DNA of 64,000 bases, taken from the human T2T-CHM13v2.0 reference genome, Homo sapiens. The translations under genes were made by a program, and so were the position numbers. The stretch lies in assembly GCF_009914755.1 (NCBI RefSeq), contig NC_060946.1; one strand, 5' to 3'. Positions 1 through 16,012 of this stretch are shown here, in pieces. Position 1 is the first letter of the stretch. Every line of letters begins with the position of its first letter. The notes beneath the pieces are model-generated. The model searched no databases. It worked only from the letters and a program-made list of their open reading frames with translations, and was not told the origin of the DNA.

Positions 1-1742
1 GGGGGCACTGAGGCCCAGGAAGGGAAAGGCACTTGTTCAGGGACACACACAGTGAGTGCTCAAGGGGTGCGGGCTAAGACTTGGGGTCTCAGGACTCCCA
101 TGCCTGAAGCCTCCTGCGGTCAGCAGCCCAAGGGGCAGGGCTGTGGCTGCTGGGAAAGGGAAGTATAGGGAGGTTAGTGGCAGGGGAGGGTCTCAGAAAA
201 CCCCTCGTCCAGCCCAGGGCCAACACACTCAGCCCCACTCATCACCCTGATGACTAACCCAGGCCTGCCTCTCTGCCTTTGCCTCTGCTCAGCCCATCCT
301 CCCTATCCACTCCTGACATTCCCTCCTCCCCCTGCCAAGACCTGGGCAGCTTCCCCTCCCCTGAGCCCCACCTGCAGAATGCACCATGCATTCAACCATT
401 CATTCTTCTGTTGCTCCCCAAGGCCCTGAGTCAGCCTTAACCCCACCTTCAGAGGCCAGGACAGGGGAGGGTGTTTAGGATAGAGAGGTGTGGCCTCCAA
501 GGAGGAAGCAGCTACCTCTGTAGGGTGGCGGTAGGGGAGTCTCCCCAAAGGAAGGTCCTAGGGCAGAGCATGGCATCTGCACTTACCAGGGTGGAGGTGT
601 AAATGGCTGCTGGAAGCCAGAGGCAAGGCTGGGAGGAGGTGGATGTGGGGGTTCAGAAATGCGGAAGTTTATCTTGCGGGCACTAGGGAGCCGTTGGAGG
701 TGTGTGAGCAGGAGAGAGGTCGGCTCAGATCTTCACTATGGGGCTGTCAGGACAAGGCGAGGATGGAGTCATTCATAGGTTCAACAAGTGTTTGCTGAGC
801 ACTTACTCTGTGCCACGCCCCAGGGAGACAGAGGAGAGCCAGACAGACAAGGCGTGCACCTTGGGGAGACAGACGTGACCACACAACCACCACCACAGGG
901 TGAGGGGGCTATGGTGGGGGCTGGACTGGGTAAGGCACGTGGCCTGGTCCCTCCAAAGAGGAATCCACCTGCAAGGTGAGGACAGGAGGGGACACTGTTC
1001 CCAGCCAAGGAGGTGGCATGCACACAGGCCCAGAGGTGGAGAAAGCAGGGCTTCCTAAGTCAAAGTGATTCGACAGGCGGAGGTGTCTGCAAGAGCCATG
1101 CCAAAGGTGACAGAGCTCCCTGGCGTAGCTCCAGGGCAATGGAAACCTTTGGGAGGGGTCTGGGAGCAGCAAGGGAGGGAAGGTGGGAAGCAATGTTTGC
1201 AGGCTGGGGAGACCTGGCTGCGTCCCTTGGCTCCCTGAAGTCTGTCGTGGGGAACAGGGGACTCCCTTTCTCACTGCCAGCGGGCAAAACCCGAGCAGAT
1301 GGGCAGCCATTCCCCTGGTAGATTTCAGTTCTCCGAGGAGGAGCACTCCAGTGCACAGCCGCTTGGCTGGACGGCCACGGGGGCTGGTGTGAGCAAGACT
1401 CAGGGCCGGCAGGCCTGGATTCCGGGCCCAGGGCTCGCAAGTACAGCTGGACGACTTCAGGCAGGTCCCTCAACCTAAGCCCCCAGAGGAAAGGCCTCTT
1501 GGAGGAGCTGGGAGAGAACCCCCTGATGGGTCTGCATGGCACAGACCCACCTCTTAGCCCAGAGCAAGAGCCGGCAAAGGAGGGACAGCTAACGGGACAG
1601 GAGGCAAAGGGGCCAGTCTGGGAGAGCTGAGGGGCCCCTCACTGGGCAGGTGCCTTGATGCTGCCTTAAGGGCACTATCGGGTGTTGAGTCCCCTTCTCC
1701 AGATGGGGAAACTGAGACCGGGGCTCCCACAACAGTCAGGAC

Positions 1743-1760
1743 TGACACTAGATGGCACTC
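1743..1760 (+). promoter_or_regulatory. Candidate CTCF site
   Basis: TGACACTAGATGGCACTC matches the core CCASYAGRKGGCR with one mismatch. Confidence 0.5.
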
Positions 1761-2192
1761 AGGCTGGTGGTGGCTGCAGCTGGGGGTCTCTAGGACAAAA
1801 GAGACGGTCTCTGTGGGGACCCATAGAGTGGGCAGCCTTCTCTCTCAATTCCAGCCATGGACAGCAAAGGGCGGGGGCTGAGCGTACAGAGGCAGCCTTG
1901 GTGGGGGAGGTGAGAGGCATGTTCCTCTACCCTCAAAGAGCTCCCACCCCACCCACTGGCCTCCAAGCCATGCAGGGAGGCCACTAGCCATGCCCCTTTC
2001 ACAGAGGAAGAAACCAAGGCCAGGAGAGGAGGCTTTGCCAAGGTCACCAGCCAGTGGAAGGCACAGACAGAGACCGGCCTCTTTCATCCCTGTCCTTGCT
2101 TGGTGGGATTCCTGGATGTCTCACATGGTGGGGCCAGGGCAGGGAGAAGGAGGAAAGAAAGAAGGAAGAACAGAAACAGGCACTGGCCATGA

Positions 2193-3038
<846 letters not shown>

Positions 3039-3260
3039 TGAAGTAACTTGCCTGATAAGCACATGAACTGGGAATGGATTCTGGACTGTCTGGCCCCACC
3101 TTTAACTATCTCCTCCCATGATGGCCAGCCAGGTGAAGGAGCCACACTCCCACCCTCAGCTGTGCCCTGCCCACACATTCACCAGGGGACCCTTGCGGAT
3201 TAGAGGAGATGGGTCTGCGGATGGCAGGGGAGTGCACTGCTTGGAAAACGCTCAGGCCAA

Positions 3261-3455
3261 AGGGAGGAGGAAGAGGACTGGGGGAGAAGAGGAAGCATAG
3301 AGGTGAGAGGAGGAGGGGCAGGGAGCTAGGGACAGGGAGGGAGGGAGAGGGGAATGTGGAGAGGAGGGGAGCGGGGAAAGAAAAGGGGGAGAGGGGAGAG
3401 AGAGAAGAGAGAATGGAGAAAGGGGAAGGGGAGGCAGGAGAAAGAGTGAAGAGGG
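3261..3455 (+). repeat. GA-rich polypurine low-complexity tract
   Basis: ~190 bp almost purely A/G on the + strand. Confidence 0.85.
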
Positions 3456-6197
3456 GCCACTCTCTCCCAGGTGCCTGGCAGACCACACTCCAGTCTAGCT
3501 GTGCCCGGGAAGGTCTGCCCCACCCCCCTGCCGCAAGAACATCAAAGCTAGGTCCCAGCCAGCCCAAAGGTAGCGTCCTTTGAGGTTTGGCGGTGATGGG
3601 GCCATATTTCAGGCTGATATGAAGCAGGCTGTGCCCCACCCCCTCCCACTGGGAGATCCCCATCTGGGCTGTCTACTTAATACCCCATTAAGGGAGAAAA
3701 TATACAGCCAGCAGCACCCCCGCCCCGCCTTAGCTGCCCGTTCCACGGAAAAGATCAAAGCTGTGCTAGATTCCCGCCTAGAAATTCCATAAATAGAGCA
3801 CAGATTGGAGGAGAGGCAGGTAGAGCCCAACAGGGTGGTGAGCACAGGGAGGTGGGGAGGCTGGGCTGGATGCAGGAAGGGACTCCTGGACGCATGCTGG
3901 GGGTGTTGGGAGACAGCCCTGGGCAGCCAGCCCCACATCCCCCAGCCTTTCCCCGCAGAGCCCTCCCAACTCACTGAGAGGACTCAGCACCTTCCCCTGG
4001 GCTTACAAAGCCTGTTGCATGCTGCGTCCGTGCACTGCCGCGCAGAGATCCCCTTGCCTGGTCCTGGGAGGTACAGGGTAGCAAGTCTACGTCTGTTGTG
4101 CCAGGCAGGCACTCTGATGAACATCTAACTCTCACAGCAACCCTATGAGGTGGGCAGAATCATGTAATTCCATAGCTGGGGAAACCGAGGCAGAGAGGAG
4201 TGAAGTGACCTGCCCAGGGTGGTGAGAAGCTGCAAGTTTTAGCTTCCTGGTGTCCACTCCTCCATACTGAAGTGCTAGACTTATACTGGGGGAGGTCCCC
4301 ACTTCAGGGGCGCTCTTGGTGGGATGTGAACCAGGTGTCAGTTGTACAGCTAAGGTCGGGCGCTGGGGCCTGTTCCAGGCTGAAGACTGGAGTCCCGTGA
4401 CCTCCAGCTTAACCTGGCCCCAGTTTCTACCAGGGGCCCCGTACTCTTGGGGGTTTGTCTCTACAGCTTGTGCTCTTTCCAAACCAGGAAATAGGCTCAG
4501 AGATGCCCAGGGAATGCACAGCCTGTGGGGTGTTTGAGCACACAGCAGACCCTCTCCCTGGTCGCCCATGGGAGAGAGAAAGCAGGACCTGAACTAAATA
4601 CCCCCCTGGAGCCCCTCCCCATGCAGTCGTACAGCACTGCAAACACAACCTGAGCAAATGTCAGACCCACGCTCCAGCTCCAGCACTGCCTCCTGGCCCC
4701 CAAGGCTGCTGGTAAGAATCAGTTCAAGAGCTGGCCCAATCCCCTAATTCATACTAGGCAGTGATTGACTACTTCCTATTAATGAGGACCAGCTCCCTGC
4801 CCCCCTCAGGGCATGGCACTGCCATCCACCTGGGGCCAGAAACATGGGGCCATCCCACCCCTTAACCCCCAGCATCCTTCTTGGTCCTCCTATGACTGCC
4901 TCCCAAACGCTCCACACTTGCCACTCCATGGGTCTCTCTAAACTGCACATCTGACCAAGTCTCTCCCAGTCCCCAGGGGAGACCAGACCCCTGGCCCTGG
5001 ACACCTGGCTCACCCCACCAGAACCTGCTGTGTTATCTCCCGAACAGCTGCTAAGTCAACATCTACAGGACAAATGGATGGATGAAGGTGCTGTTCCTGG
5101 AAATGCACTGTGCTGTTCCAGGATGGGGGACCACTTTCCCAGCCACCTCCCATTCGTCCTTCCAGACCCTGGCCTCCCCAGACTGCCTTCCCTGGTCTCC
5201 ACACCCCTGGCCTGACAGTGGCCCCTGGATGGGTGTCATCATCAGTGTGCCACCTGCCTCCCCCGTGGCTGGGAGATCCCTGGACCTCCCACCCCAGATC
5301 TGGCCCTCCCCCACCCCATCTCCATCCTCATGCAGGCCTGGCCCTCAGATGCTCTCAAAGCTGGAGGGCAGGAAAAGCCCCTCAGGAGGGAGGCACTGGC
5401 AGCCGTGGAGGGCAGGGGTGCTCCTGGGGGCTCGGAGACCTCTGCTCCCTTCATGGTCCAGCAAAGGCTGGCAGTGGCTGAGCCTCCTTGCCTCCCCCTC
5501 CCCACTGAGCAATCTCCCAGATCTGGTGAGGCTTGGTGAGCCCATCTGAACATGGGAAAAACCTCCTGCCTCTGCGAGGGGGCACCGCAGGCAGCGTGGA
5601 CTGAGTGGCTGCTGCGGCCTCGCCACCCCCGCCTCAAGCTGAGCGCATGGCTAAGCCGGAGACGGAGCTGCCGTGCGCGCCGCTGCCAGCTCCCCGCCTC
5701 GCAGAAAGCCTCCATTTTGCAGGGAGAAATTAATGAAAGGCAGAAGCCTGGGAAATTAGGAGTTGCCACCTGCAATTCTCCTTCCAAGGAAAGTGGCGCG
5801 AGGGCTGATGAGGGCTGCAGCCGCCCTGCCAGGCTGGGCCAGCAGCTGAGGACCTCATCTGCCTGCCAGGAGCAGGTGGCAAGCAATGTGGGTGGGGGGT
5901 GCTGCTAGGGGACCCCCAGGCTCAGGCAGCCCTGCCCAGGGACTTCTAAACTGGGGAAGCCTCCAGGAGAAACTTCCTTTGCCCTCCATTACCTCTACTT
6001 GACAGGCAGGCAGTGGGCCTCCACTGTGCCCGTGGAACCCATGGCTCACAGGGCATCCATGGGCCCACCTCCTCCAGGCTGGTGGGAGAATTAGGGAAAC
6101 AGCACTAATGGGGCTTCGTCTGTGCCTGGGGCTGTGCTGGGTGCCTTCGCCTCAGGAGCCCCGATGCCACTGGGATGGAGCTGCCGTAGGCATTTTA

Positions 6198-6726
<529 letters not shown>

Positions 6727-7879
6727 TCAGGTCAGGGCCATTCTCTAAAAGCATCCTCGCCCCGGAATGTGAGGGTGGGACCTTGTCTGGTCACCAAGCA
6801 AGCCAAGTTCCTTCATTCCCTGCCTTCCATCTGCACTTAGGCCCAGAGTGGCGGACAGCTGGGAAGGGTGACTTTGGAGCCACTGCTCTGATTCCCCCTG
6901 CCCCGCCTACTCTGACTGGAGCTAGACTATTCCTTCCTTTCCAATAGCCCGCTGATCCCTAGCTCCCTCTGATCTCTGCCCTCACGGGATGTAAATTCAG
7001 ACTAAGGTGTGGATGACTGATACCAGCTTCATCTCTCTCCCGGCCAAGGGCATGTACATTCTGAAGCACTAAACTTGACATCCCAACTGTGATGATGGTG
7101 ACTCACAGAGGTGAGGAGCTAAGTGAAGCGTCCCCTGGGATGGGACTCTAGAAGCTCTGACCCAGCACAGGCATGGAACACAAGATAATGCAACCATCGC
7201 AGCGGAAGACGAGGCCTCCTGTGCCACTCACACCCCTTGGGCTACATGTCTGCAGGTAAGCCCCATGGCTCTCTGAGCCTCGGTCTCTTCACACTCTCCC
7301 CTACCCAGCGGTGTGACTCCGGTCAGGTCCCTCAGACTCTCTGAGCTCCAGCTTGGACGGCCAGCTGGACACCGGCCTCCTGTGGTATCCTTCGGAAGAC
7401 GAACTTCGAGGCACTGCTATCTCCCAGCTCCACAGCCCTGGCCATATGTTATTATAATGGCCTTGGCCAATAGGGGCGCAGGCTATTAGAATGAGTTAAG
7501 ACCAGATTAATCTGCTTAAAAATATATGCCTGGTTTTTACGCTATGCATTCCCTCCTAACAGCACAGGCTCCTTCCAGGCCATTATCTCGTTTTATCGTT
7601 AATTCAATTCCATAAACATGTATTAAGTGTCTATAATGCGTGGAGCCCTGGTCTGGTAGCTGGGGTGGGGAGAGGGGGCTATGGGGGTGACGGAAGCCCT
7701 GGCCCCCAAGGTGCCTATAGTGAGGCGGGGGACCCACCTGACCCTCAACCCCTTGGACGTGAAGCAAGTGAGAGAGAGAGCTCGAGGAGGAAAATGTTCA
7801 CCAGCCTAGAGGTTTGGAGGCGCTTCCTGGAGGGGGCCCACAAACACTAGGGGTGGAGACAGTAACATGTGACTCAGAC

Positions 7880-8070
7880 AGAGGGCTACTAGGTGCCAGG
7901 TAGTGTTCTCAGCACTTTACAGACTCACTTAGTCCTCCCTATCCTTGGGGGCAGGCACTAATGTCACCCCCATTTTACAAATGAACAGAGTCTCAAGGAG
8001 GTAATGAAGGCCCCAAAGCACCCTAGGTGAAGCCACGAATCCAACCCCAGAGTCTGGGCTTTACCTCTGC
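7880..8070 (-). mobile_element. MIR
   Basis: ccccattttacaaatgaacagagtctcaaggagg...gaatccaaccccagagtctg. Confidence 0.75.
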
Positions 8071-11000
8071 ACAACGTCCCCAGGGTCTTAGAAGTGTACC
8101 CAGGGCCATGGCAGGCACAAGGTATCTGGGAATGAAAGAAGGAACACTGAGCCTCCCCCATGGCCAGAAGTGAGTCTGGTCCCTTCAAGTGAGTCCTTGA
8201 GGGATGGCTGGATTTTGGTGAGCAGAGATGAAGTGAGGACAGGGGAGGGAGATCCTCCCAGCTAGGCCAGGAGCAGGACCACAGAGGCAGCTGGCCCTAG
8301 GTCTCAATCCTGGCTCCCTGTCGCTGGCCAGGTGATCACATGCTATTACTTAATATCTCTGAGCCTCAGTTTCCATCTCTACAGAAATGGTAGGTGGCAC
8401 CTGCCTTGCTAGACCCAGGCGTGGGTGAAACGGGCTGGGATTGCACACAGGCCCTGAGGGTAGAGCTTACTGAGAGCAGAGGGGCACTGAACACCCAGGG
8501 AACACGCCGGTGCCTGCCGCCTGGTGCAGAGGCCTCACAGGACACCCTGGCGGGGGAGGCTGAGAGAAGCATGGCCGGCCGGCCACAGAGAGGCTGGCCT
8601 GGAAGGGGCAGGAGGCGGTGGACCATGCCCACTCTGCAAATGAGGAGACAGATAAGAGCGGAGCCGGCAACCCCTGCGGGACAGTCACTGGGCTTGTTTT
8701 CATGTTCTTCCCCAGAGATTTACAGACAGCAAGTGCTCCCCAAGGTCTCCACCAGGGGACAAATGCCAGGAGCCCCCGCCTGCCCTGTCAGCTGGGAGGG
8801 GACACTGCTAAGGGAACAGGGTAGGCTAGACAAGCAGGACGGGGGACTACAGAGCCTGTGAACTGCCACATGCCAGGATCCTCAACCTGTCACCCAGACC
8901 CCGCCAGGCCCCAGTGCCCTGGGCCTCCCTCCCCAGCTTGGGCCTCCGCGCTCTGGCCTGACCCACCTCCCCAGCCTCCTCCTTTACTGCTCCCCTTCTG
9001 CCCACCTCGCCCCCGCTGCCCCAGGCTCCTGAGCTTCCCCCTCCCCACATTCAGGAGTTCCCTACCCATCTACGGCTGCTGCACACCCCAACCGTGCCCG
9101 TGGCCCTCCACACCTCTGCCCACACTGTCCCCAATGCCAGCAACGCCCCTGCAACTCCCCACTGCCTAGAAAACCTGTATTCTTCCTTCCAGTCTCAGCT
9201 CAGACTTCTTTCCTCTCAAAGTGCCTCTGGACTGCCCTGTCTGGCTTTTCATGTCAGCTGCCAGTCGTCACCTCTCTGAGCCTTGCTGTCCTCGTCTGCA
9301 GAATAGGGGTGACACCAGCACCTCACAGTGTTGTGGTGAGGATGAAGTAAGAAAAACACAAACTGCCTGGGAAGCTGCTTCTGTCATCATCGCCATGAGG
9401 ATGCTCTGAGGTTGTGTCCAAGGCTAACTCCACACTGGCCCTAATCTTACCCCTTCCAGCCCTGTCTCTCCAGTGCCCTGCACAGGGCCTGGTGCCCAGG
9501 CACTGCTGAATCAGAGGGCAGAACAGCCAACTGCCCGGAGCGGCCATGAAGTTTTCCCAGAAAAGGTGGACTTTGAAGGATGTGTAGGAGTTTATAAAGG
9601 GGCAGATGAGGAGGAAAAAATGAGGAGCAAACTCTAGGCAGAGGGAATTGTTTCTGTTGGACCTTGCAGGCCTTAACTGCCTGCCACACTGAGGAGTTTA
9701 CATTTCATCCCAGGGGCAGTAGGAAATGGAAAGTGTTTAATTAGGGCAATGACAATCATATGTTGGCACATTCATCTAACACTTGCTAAGGGCCTACTAT
9801 GTGCCAGGTCCTGGGGATCTAGTGGAAACAAGATGGACAGTCCCTGGGGCTACGGAGCCCATGTCCCACTGGGGGAGACAGACAGTGAGAGACTCTCACA
9901 AATAACCCATTGATGCCAGCTCTCTGGGGGGTTGTGCGGGGGGGAGTAAGTGGTGCTAAGAGACTGTCGACAATAACAGGAATCCAGCCAGGGGGGCGCG
10001 TGGGCTCAGAGGAAGCAGTGTTTCAGCCAGGCTAGACGAGGAAGGCATGCAGAGAACTTTCCAGGCAGAGCCCTGAGGAGGAAAGGAGTATGGCTCGTGG
10101 AAGTGGCAGCCCGCATGGCTGGAATACAGTGGAGAGGACTGGCGTGGCAATGGAGTGCAAGGAGACAGGGCCTGTGGTGGACATGAGCAGGGTGGATTTT
10201 AGCCCCCAGGCAATGGGTGGCCAGGCCAGGAGCCTGAGTCTGGAAAGTTGCAAATTCCTGGACAGAGAGTGACAAGCCAGCCCCAACAGGTGGATCTGTG
10301 GTTTAAGGAGGCCACTCTGAGAGCCCAGGAGGGCCCCGCAGAGCCTGGGCCGCCCGCCTGCCCGCCCTCTTTTCTCCCCAGCAGAGCAGCGGCAGGCAGA
10401 TTGATGAGGCGGAGGCTCAATCTGTCTTGAGTTTAGCTCAGCTTCTGGCTGCATCTTGGATGACACTGGCTCATCAATACCCAAGAAAATACGGCCTGGA
10501 GGGAGGAACACTTAGGAACCGTATGGCTGGCCCAAGGCTGGCCCGGTGGCATCCAGGGATTGCTCCCCTCAGAAGGTGCACACGAGTGCAGGAATCGGGG
10601 GACAGGGGGGTGGCCAGGCTCCCAAACTGCGGCTCACACACAGCCTGCCTCCCCTCAAGGACCTGCACGCCAGCCCTCCCACCTGCGGCAGGCTCTGGGC
10701 AGGGGTCCCTGCGGGGCTGGCGACTGGGACCTGCAGTCAGGGAGGCAGAAGGGGGCTGCCTAAGTGCTTCATCTCCTGGCACCAGGCCCAGGCCCAAGGC
10801 CTTTCCCAAGGGGACTGGGGGGAAGGGCAGGAGGGGCACTGAATGGTGTGTCATAGAGTAGGTACCCCCTGTGCCTCAGTTTCCTCATAAGAGAAACGAG
10901 GACATTTTTGCCTCAGGGTGGTGTGGGGATCAAATCAGCCTCTAGAAGTGATCACCTTTCCTAAAGGACAAAAGGCTGTGAGGATTGGGCCCTCTCTCAG

Positions 11001-12827
11001 CAGCTGCAAACCAGAGGGGCTGACCTTGGTGCCCTGCAGGGGCCACACCACCATCATACACCCATGTTGTGGACAGGAGCAAGGTGCAGTTGAAGGGTAT
11101 GGACGGGAATCATGCAGACCCCAGGCCTGGCCCTCCCAGCTGGGAAACCTGCTAGCGGTGCCTCAGTCCCCTCCCCTGCAAAACGGGGATGAAAACATCC
11201 CAAGCCCAGGGCTGTAGGGCTGAAAAGAGCAAGAAAAGTGCAATCCCGGGCACCCTGCAGGCACACAGGAGCTGCCGCGTGTCCTCCCAACTCTGATTTC
11301 CCCGTCTCTTCCACAGACCCCTGCACCAGAGCCCTGCATAGTCAAGACAGCCCTGTTCTCCTAGGCACATAGGTTACCCAGAAGCTGGGACTTGAAAGGG
11401 TCTCCTTCCTAGAAGGGGTAGTGAGACTCTAGGGTTCTGCATTTTAGAAGAACTTAGGGCAACAGTTATGCCAAAGGAATGAATCACAAACGGTAAAACT
11501 TCTGCCAAAAGGCAACAGAGAAGGAGGAAGACATGGAGGATGGGGAAGGTTGCTCCTAGGACTTAGAAATCACCTTGCAGAGACAGGAAGTAGTGATAGG
11601 GTATGTACTATATGGCCAACATTACACCAGGTGCAGGAGCTACAGAAGAAGGGCACTCTCCAATGCCGAGAAGGTGCCATCATGGATGAGTGAATGAGTA
11701 AGCAGCTGTGGGGATTACAGCAGCAAGGACTCTGCCACTGCCCCTCCTGACTGGTCCCCCAGTAGTCAGCGGGCCACCTGCCTGGTACCAGGACAGCCCA
11801 CACAGACATGGCCCTGCCTTGTCTAGACCAGCAGCTGCTGAGAATGAGATCCCCATGGGTGTAGCTGGTAGAATAAATGGGTTCCCTGGCTGGACTTGAC
11901 CTTATTGAGGGGGTCTGATGGAGCCAGGCCAGGTGGGGCCCCAGGCCTCAGAGGAATATACAAAAGGAGCTATGGAGGCGGGCCTGGGGGAATGAGGGTT
12001 GGGGGAGCTTGGATTCTAGAATCCACACTACCCACAAAACCACTATGGGGATCAAAGCCCAAGGTGATGACCCACGTTCAGAGCCAGCTCTATTATCACC
12101 CATTCCCCAGGGTGTGGAGTGGGCTGTGGGGACAGACAGACCTGTTGCCGCCCTGGCCTGGCAATCCCATTGCTGTCAGGTCCCGGTCACCCCCCATCCC
12201 TGCTGAGCCTCAGGCTCCCCATCTGCAAGATGTGACTGGTCATCCCTTCATGAAGAGCCAGGAGCTGCAAGTCCCTGGAAGCTCATAGAGTATCTCCCTC
12301 CTCTCCCCATTGTCTGAGCCACAGGTGAAAGCATGGGGCCCCAATCTAGTGCCCTGCATGCCCAATGCCCAGGCCTCAAGGCCCACGTCTGCAGAGCCCA
12401 GGGGAAAGGTGCCTTGAGGACGAAGCTGGGTCCTGGGGAGCCAGCTCCAGTACTGGGGGTGGCTCACTGTTTCCTGTCCAGGAATGCTCAGGACAACCAG
12501 CTTCTTGCAATCTTCCCAGCTCAGGCTCCCCAGCCTGAGTCACACCATCACCATACTGTGGACCCTGGACAAGCCTCCGGACTTTTCTGGGCCTCACCTT
12601 CCCCACCTGGGAGTGCAGGTGCTAATGCCCACCTGTGGGCTGTGTCACACCATAGGCCAAGAGCTTCTTCAGTGCCTGGCACTCAGTAGGCCTGCAATAA
12701 ATGGAGACAGCTGCTAGGATGCAGGCGAACCCCCTGGTGCACAGTAGGGTCTCAACCCAATCCCGCTGACCCCATAGCATGGACAAGGCGAGGTTCTCAA
12801 AGGCCTCTGAGAGCCAGAGGTGTCTAG

Positions 12828-13394
<567 letters not shown>

Positions 13395-15205
13395 AACAGA
13401 ATTCCCCGCCTCAGGGAACACCTTTGCCCCGGCTGTTCCCGCTGCCTGGAATGCTCTTTCCCAAGATCTGTGCGTGACTGCCTCCTTCCTGTCCTTCCCT
13501 TCTCAGTGCAACGGCAGGTGCTCTGTCTGCTGTGTTCAGAGCTGTGACCTTTGTGCCTACATAGCGCCTGCAACAAGGCAGATACAGGCTCAGCAGGGAG
13601 CCCCGTTCCTGAGGCTGGGGCTGCCCTATAGGGGCCCCTTGTGGCCACTCCAGGGCAGAGAGAAGACATCTCCGCTAACCCAAGGACCTGAAGATAAACT
13701 TGGAGGTGATGTGGTGCATGTCTGGAACTGGCCAGAATCCGTCTCTTCCGGATGTGTGCTCTGGGGCAGATGCCTAATGCGAATCGCTTCTGTCATCAGG
13801 ACACCTGGGGGCTTGACACGGACCAGCTGCCGCTGCCGGGGGACAGGCTGCCAGAGCGCCGATGGGCTCTCAGCGAAATTGATGGCCATTGTCAGAAAAT
13901 GATTTCCCCATGGCCACATCGCAGGCCCTCGGAGGAGCTTGAATCCCAGGCATCGATGCCTCCTGCGGCAGGCGGGCAGGCGGCCAGGCATGTGGGCAGG
14001 CAGCCCACACCTGACCCAGCTGCTTCCCAGAGCCGGGGAGCTAGCAATTACCAGGCGGGAAGAGGAACCCGCAGGTCCTGCACCCAGGAGGCCCAAGCCA
14101 AGGGCTGAGGGCTAGCAGGGAGCCCGCCTCTCCCAGGGAGAACAGGGGGTCCTGCCCTGCACCCCTCCTGTCTGCTCTGTGCCCACAAGCCCAGTGCTGA
14201 CTGGCACAGTGCAAGCACCCGGTGGATGTCTGCTGAATGAAGGAAGGAAGAATGAACTCTAGAAACTTCAGAGAGGATTCTGGAGCAGCATCTGGAGAGG
14301 GGATTCAACAACAATAAAGAGGGCAGGGGCACGAAAACCTGGGCTCCAGAACCCCTCCCTCCAGCCCCGACCCAGGGAGGAGGGGAGCGGCTGAATGAGG
14401 GGAGGTGGCAGAGCGGAAGGCCCTCACAGCCCAGCCTCCTGGCCCAAAGTCTTCAGCTCACACCACAGCAGGATGTTTTTGTTTTAAACTGCCTGTGCCT
14501 CCTTTAAAAGTAAGAGGTGGCAGGAAATTGGATCTGATGACACAAAGCCAGTTTTCACACAATTTTTCAGAAACCTGGAATCAAGGAATGGTCTGAGGAG
14601 ACCCAAGCAGGGAGGGGGCAGACAGGAGGCTGTGGACACCTCTAGAGATTTCCCCAGGGCAGTCCTGACAGGGGAGGTTCTGGAACAGTTCAGTCTGTCA
14701 GCAATCACCAGCCACCTAATGGGGGCCTGAAGCAATGAAAAGTGGGAGAAGCCAGTGGGAGCCCCAGGGTGCTCACACACCATGCTGGGGGTGCAGGAGA
14801 GGCACCACAGTGGGCTCCATCTGGGGTCCTCATGGCAGGTGGGCTGCAGGTGAGGACAGGCTCAGAGAGGAAGGACTCTCTGAAGGACAGGCAGCTTGAA
14901 GCTGGGGTATCCAGGCCAGGCACACAGGGTAAGAGAGGAAAGGAGGGCAGCCCAGGCAGGTGGAATGGGCTGGACATAGGCAGGAAGAGCAACATCCACT
15001 CCCTTGCCTATTCACTCAACAAACTTTCACTGGTTCTACCTCTGGGCAAAGTCCTGGGCTGGCCATGGGGCCAACACTGAGTGAGACTTCCTCACTGAAG
15101 CTGGTGGCTTCAGGAAGGTGTGGACAGTGCCATGAATGAGGGAAGCCTAGGGGGCCAGAGAGGGGGGCACATAAGACATCTACCATCCTGGGACAGGGCT
15201 GGTCA

Positions 15206-15625
<420 letters not shown>

Positions 15626-16012
15626 GATTTAAAGACAAGAGGCCACATCAAGGCAGGATTTGGACTTTATCCGAGCACCAGGGAGCCCTGGCAGCTTCCA
15701 AGGAAGAAGGGACCCAGGCAGGTTTGCAGGCTAGGAAAGTCACCAGGCACAAATGGAATAAAGACTGCAAAGTGCCTGCAGGCTTCCAGGGCCAGAGTGG
15801 TGATGAGAAGATGCTCCCAAACGCTGACCCTGTGAAAATGTGACACCCAAAAGAGCACTAGCATGGGAGTCTCTGCTCAGTTCAGTCCCCTGGGCCTTCC
15901 CTGCACCCATGCAGCAGGGGCACACCACACATACTCAAGGAGACAGACTGGCCCACAAGTTAATCTGTCAGAGCCTGGAGGGTCAGAGAAGGGCGAGGTG
16001 GGCAGAGGCTCC

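Noticed and set aside
930-995. Strong minus-strand acceptor (cctcaccttgcag|GTGG at 968)
   Set aside because: It lies in L2-like sequence, and I found no convincing coding frame or gene match downstream.
9984-10001. CTCF-like motifs at 9984, 48723 and 53570
   Set aside because: G-run spacing or a core base mismatches the CTCF consensus.
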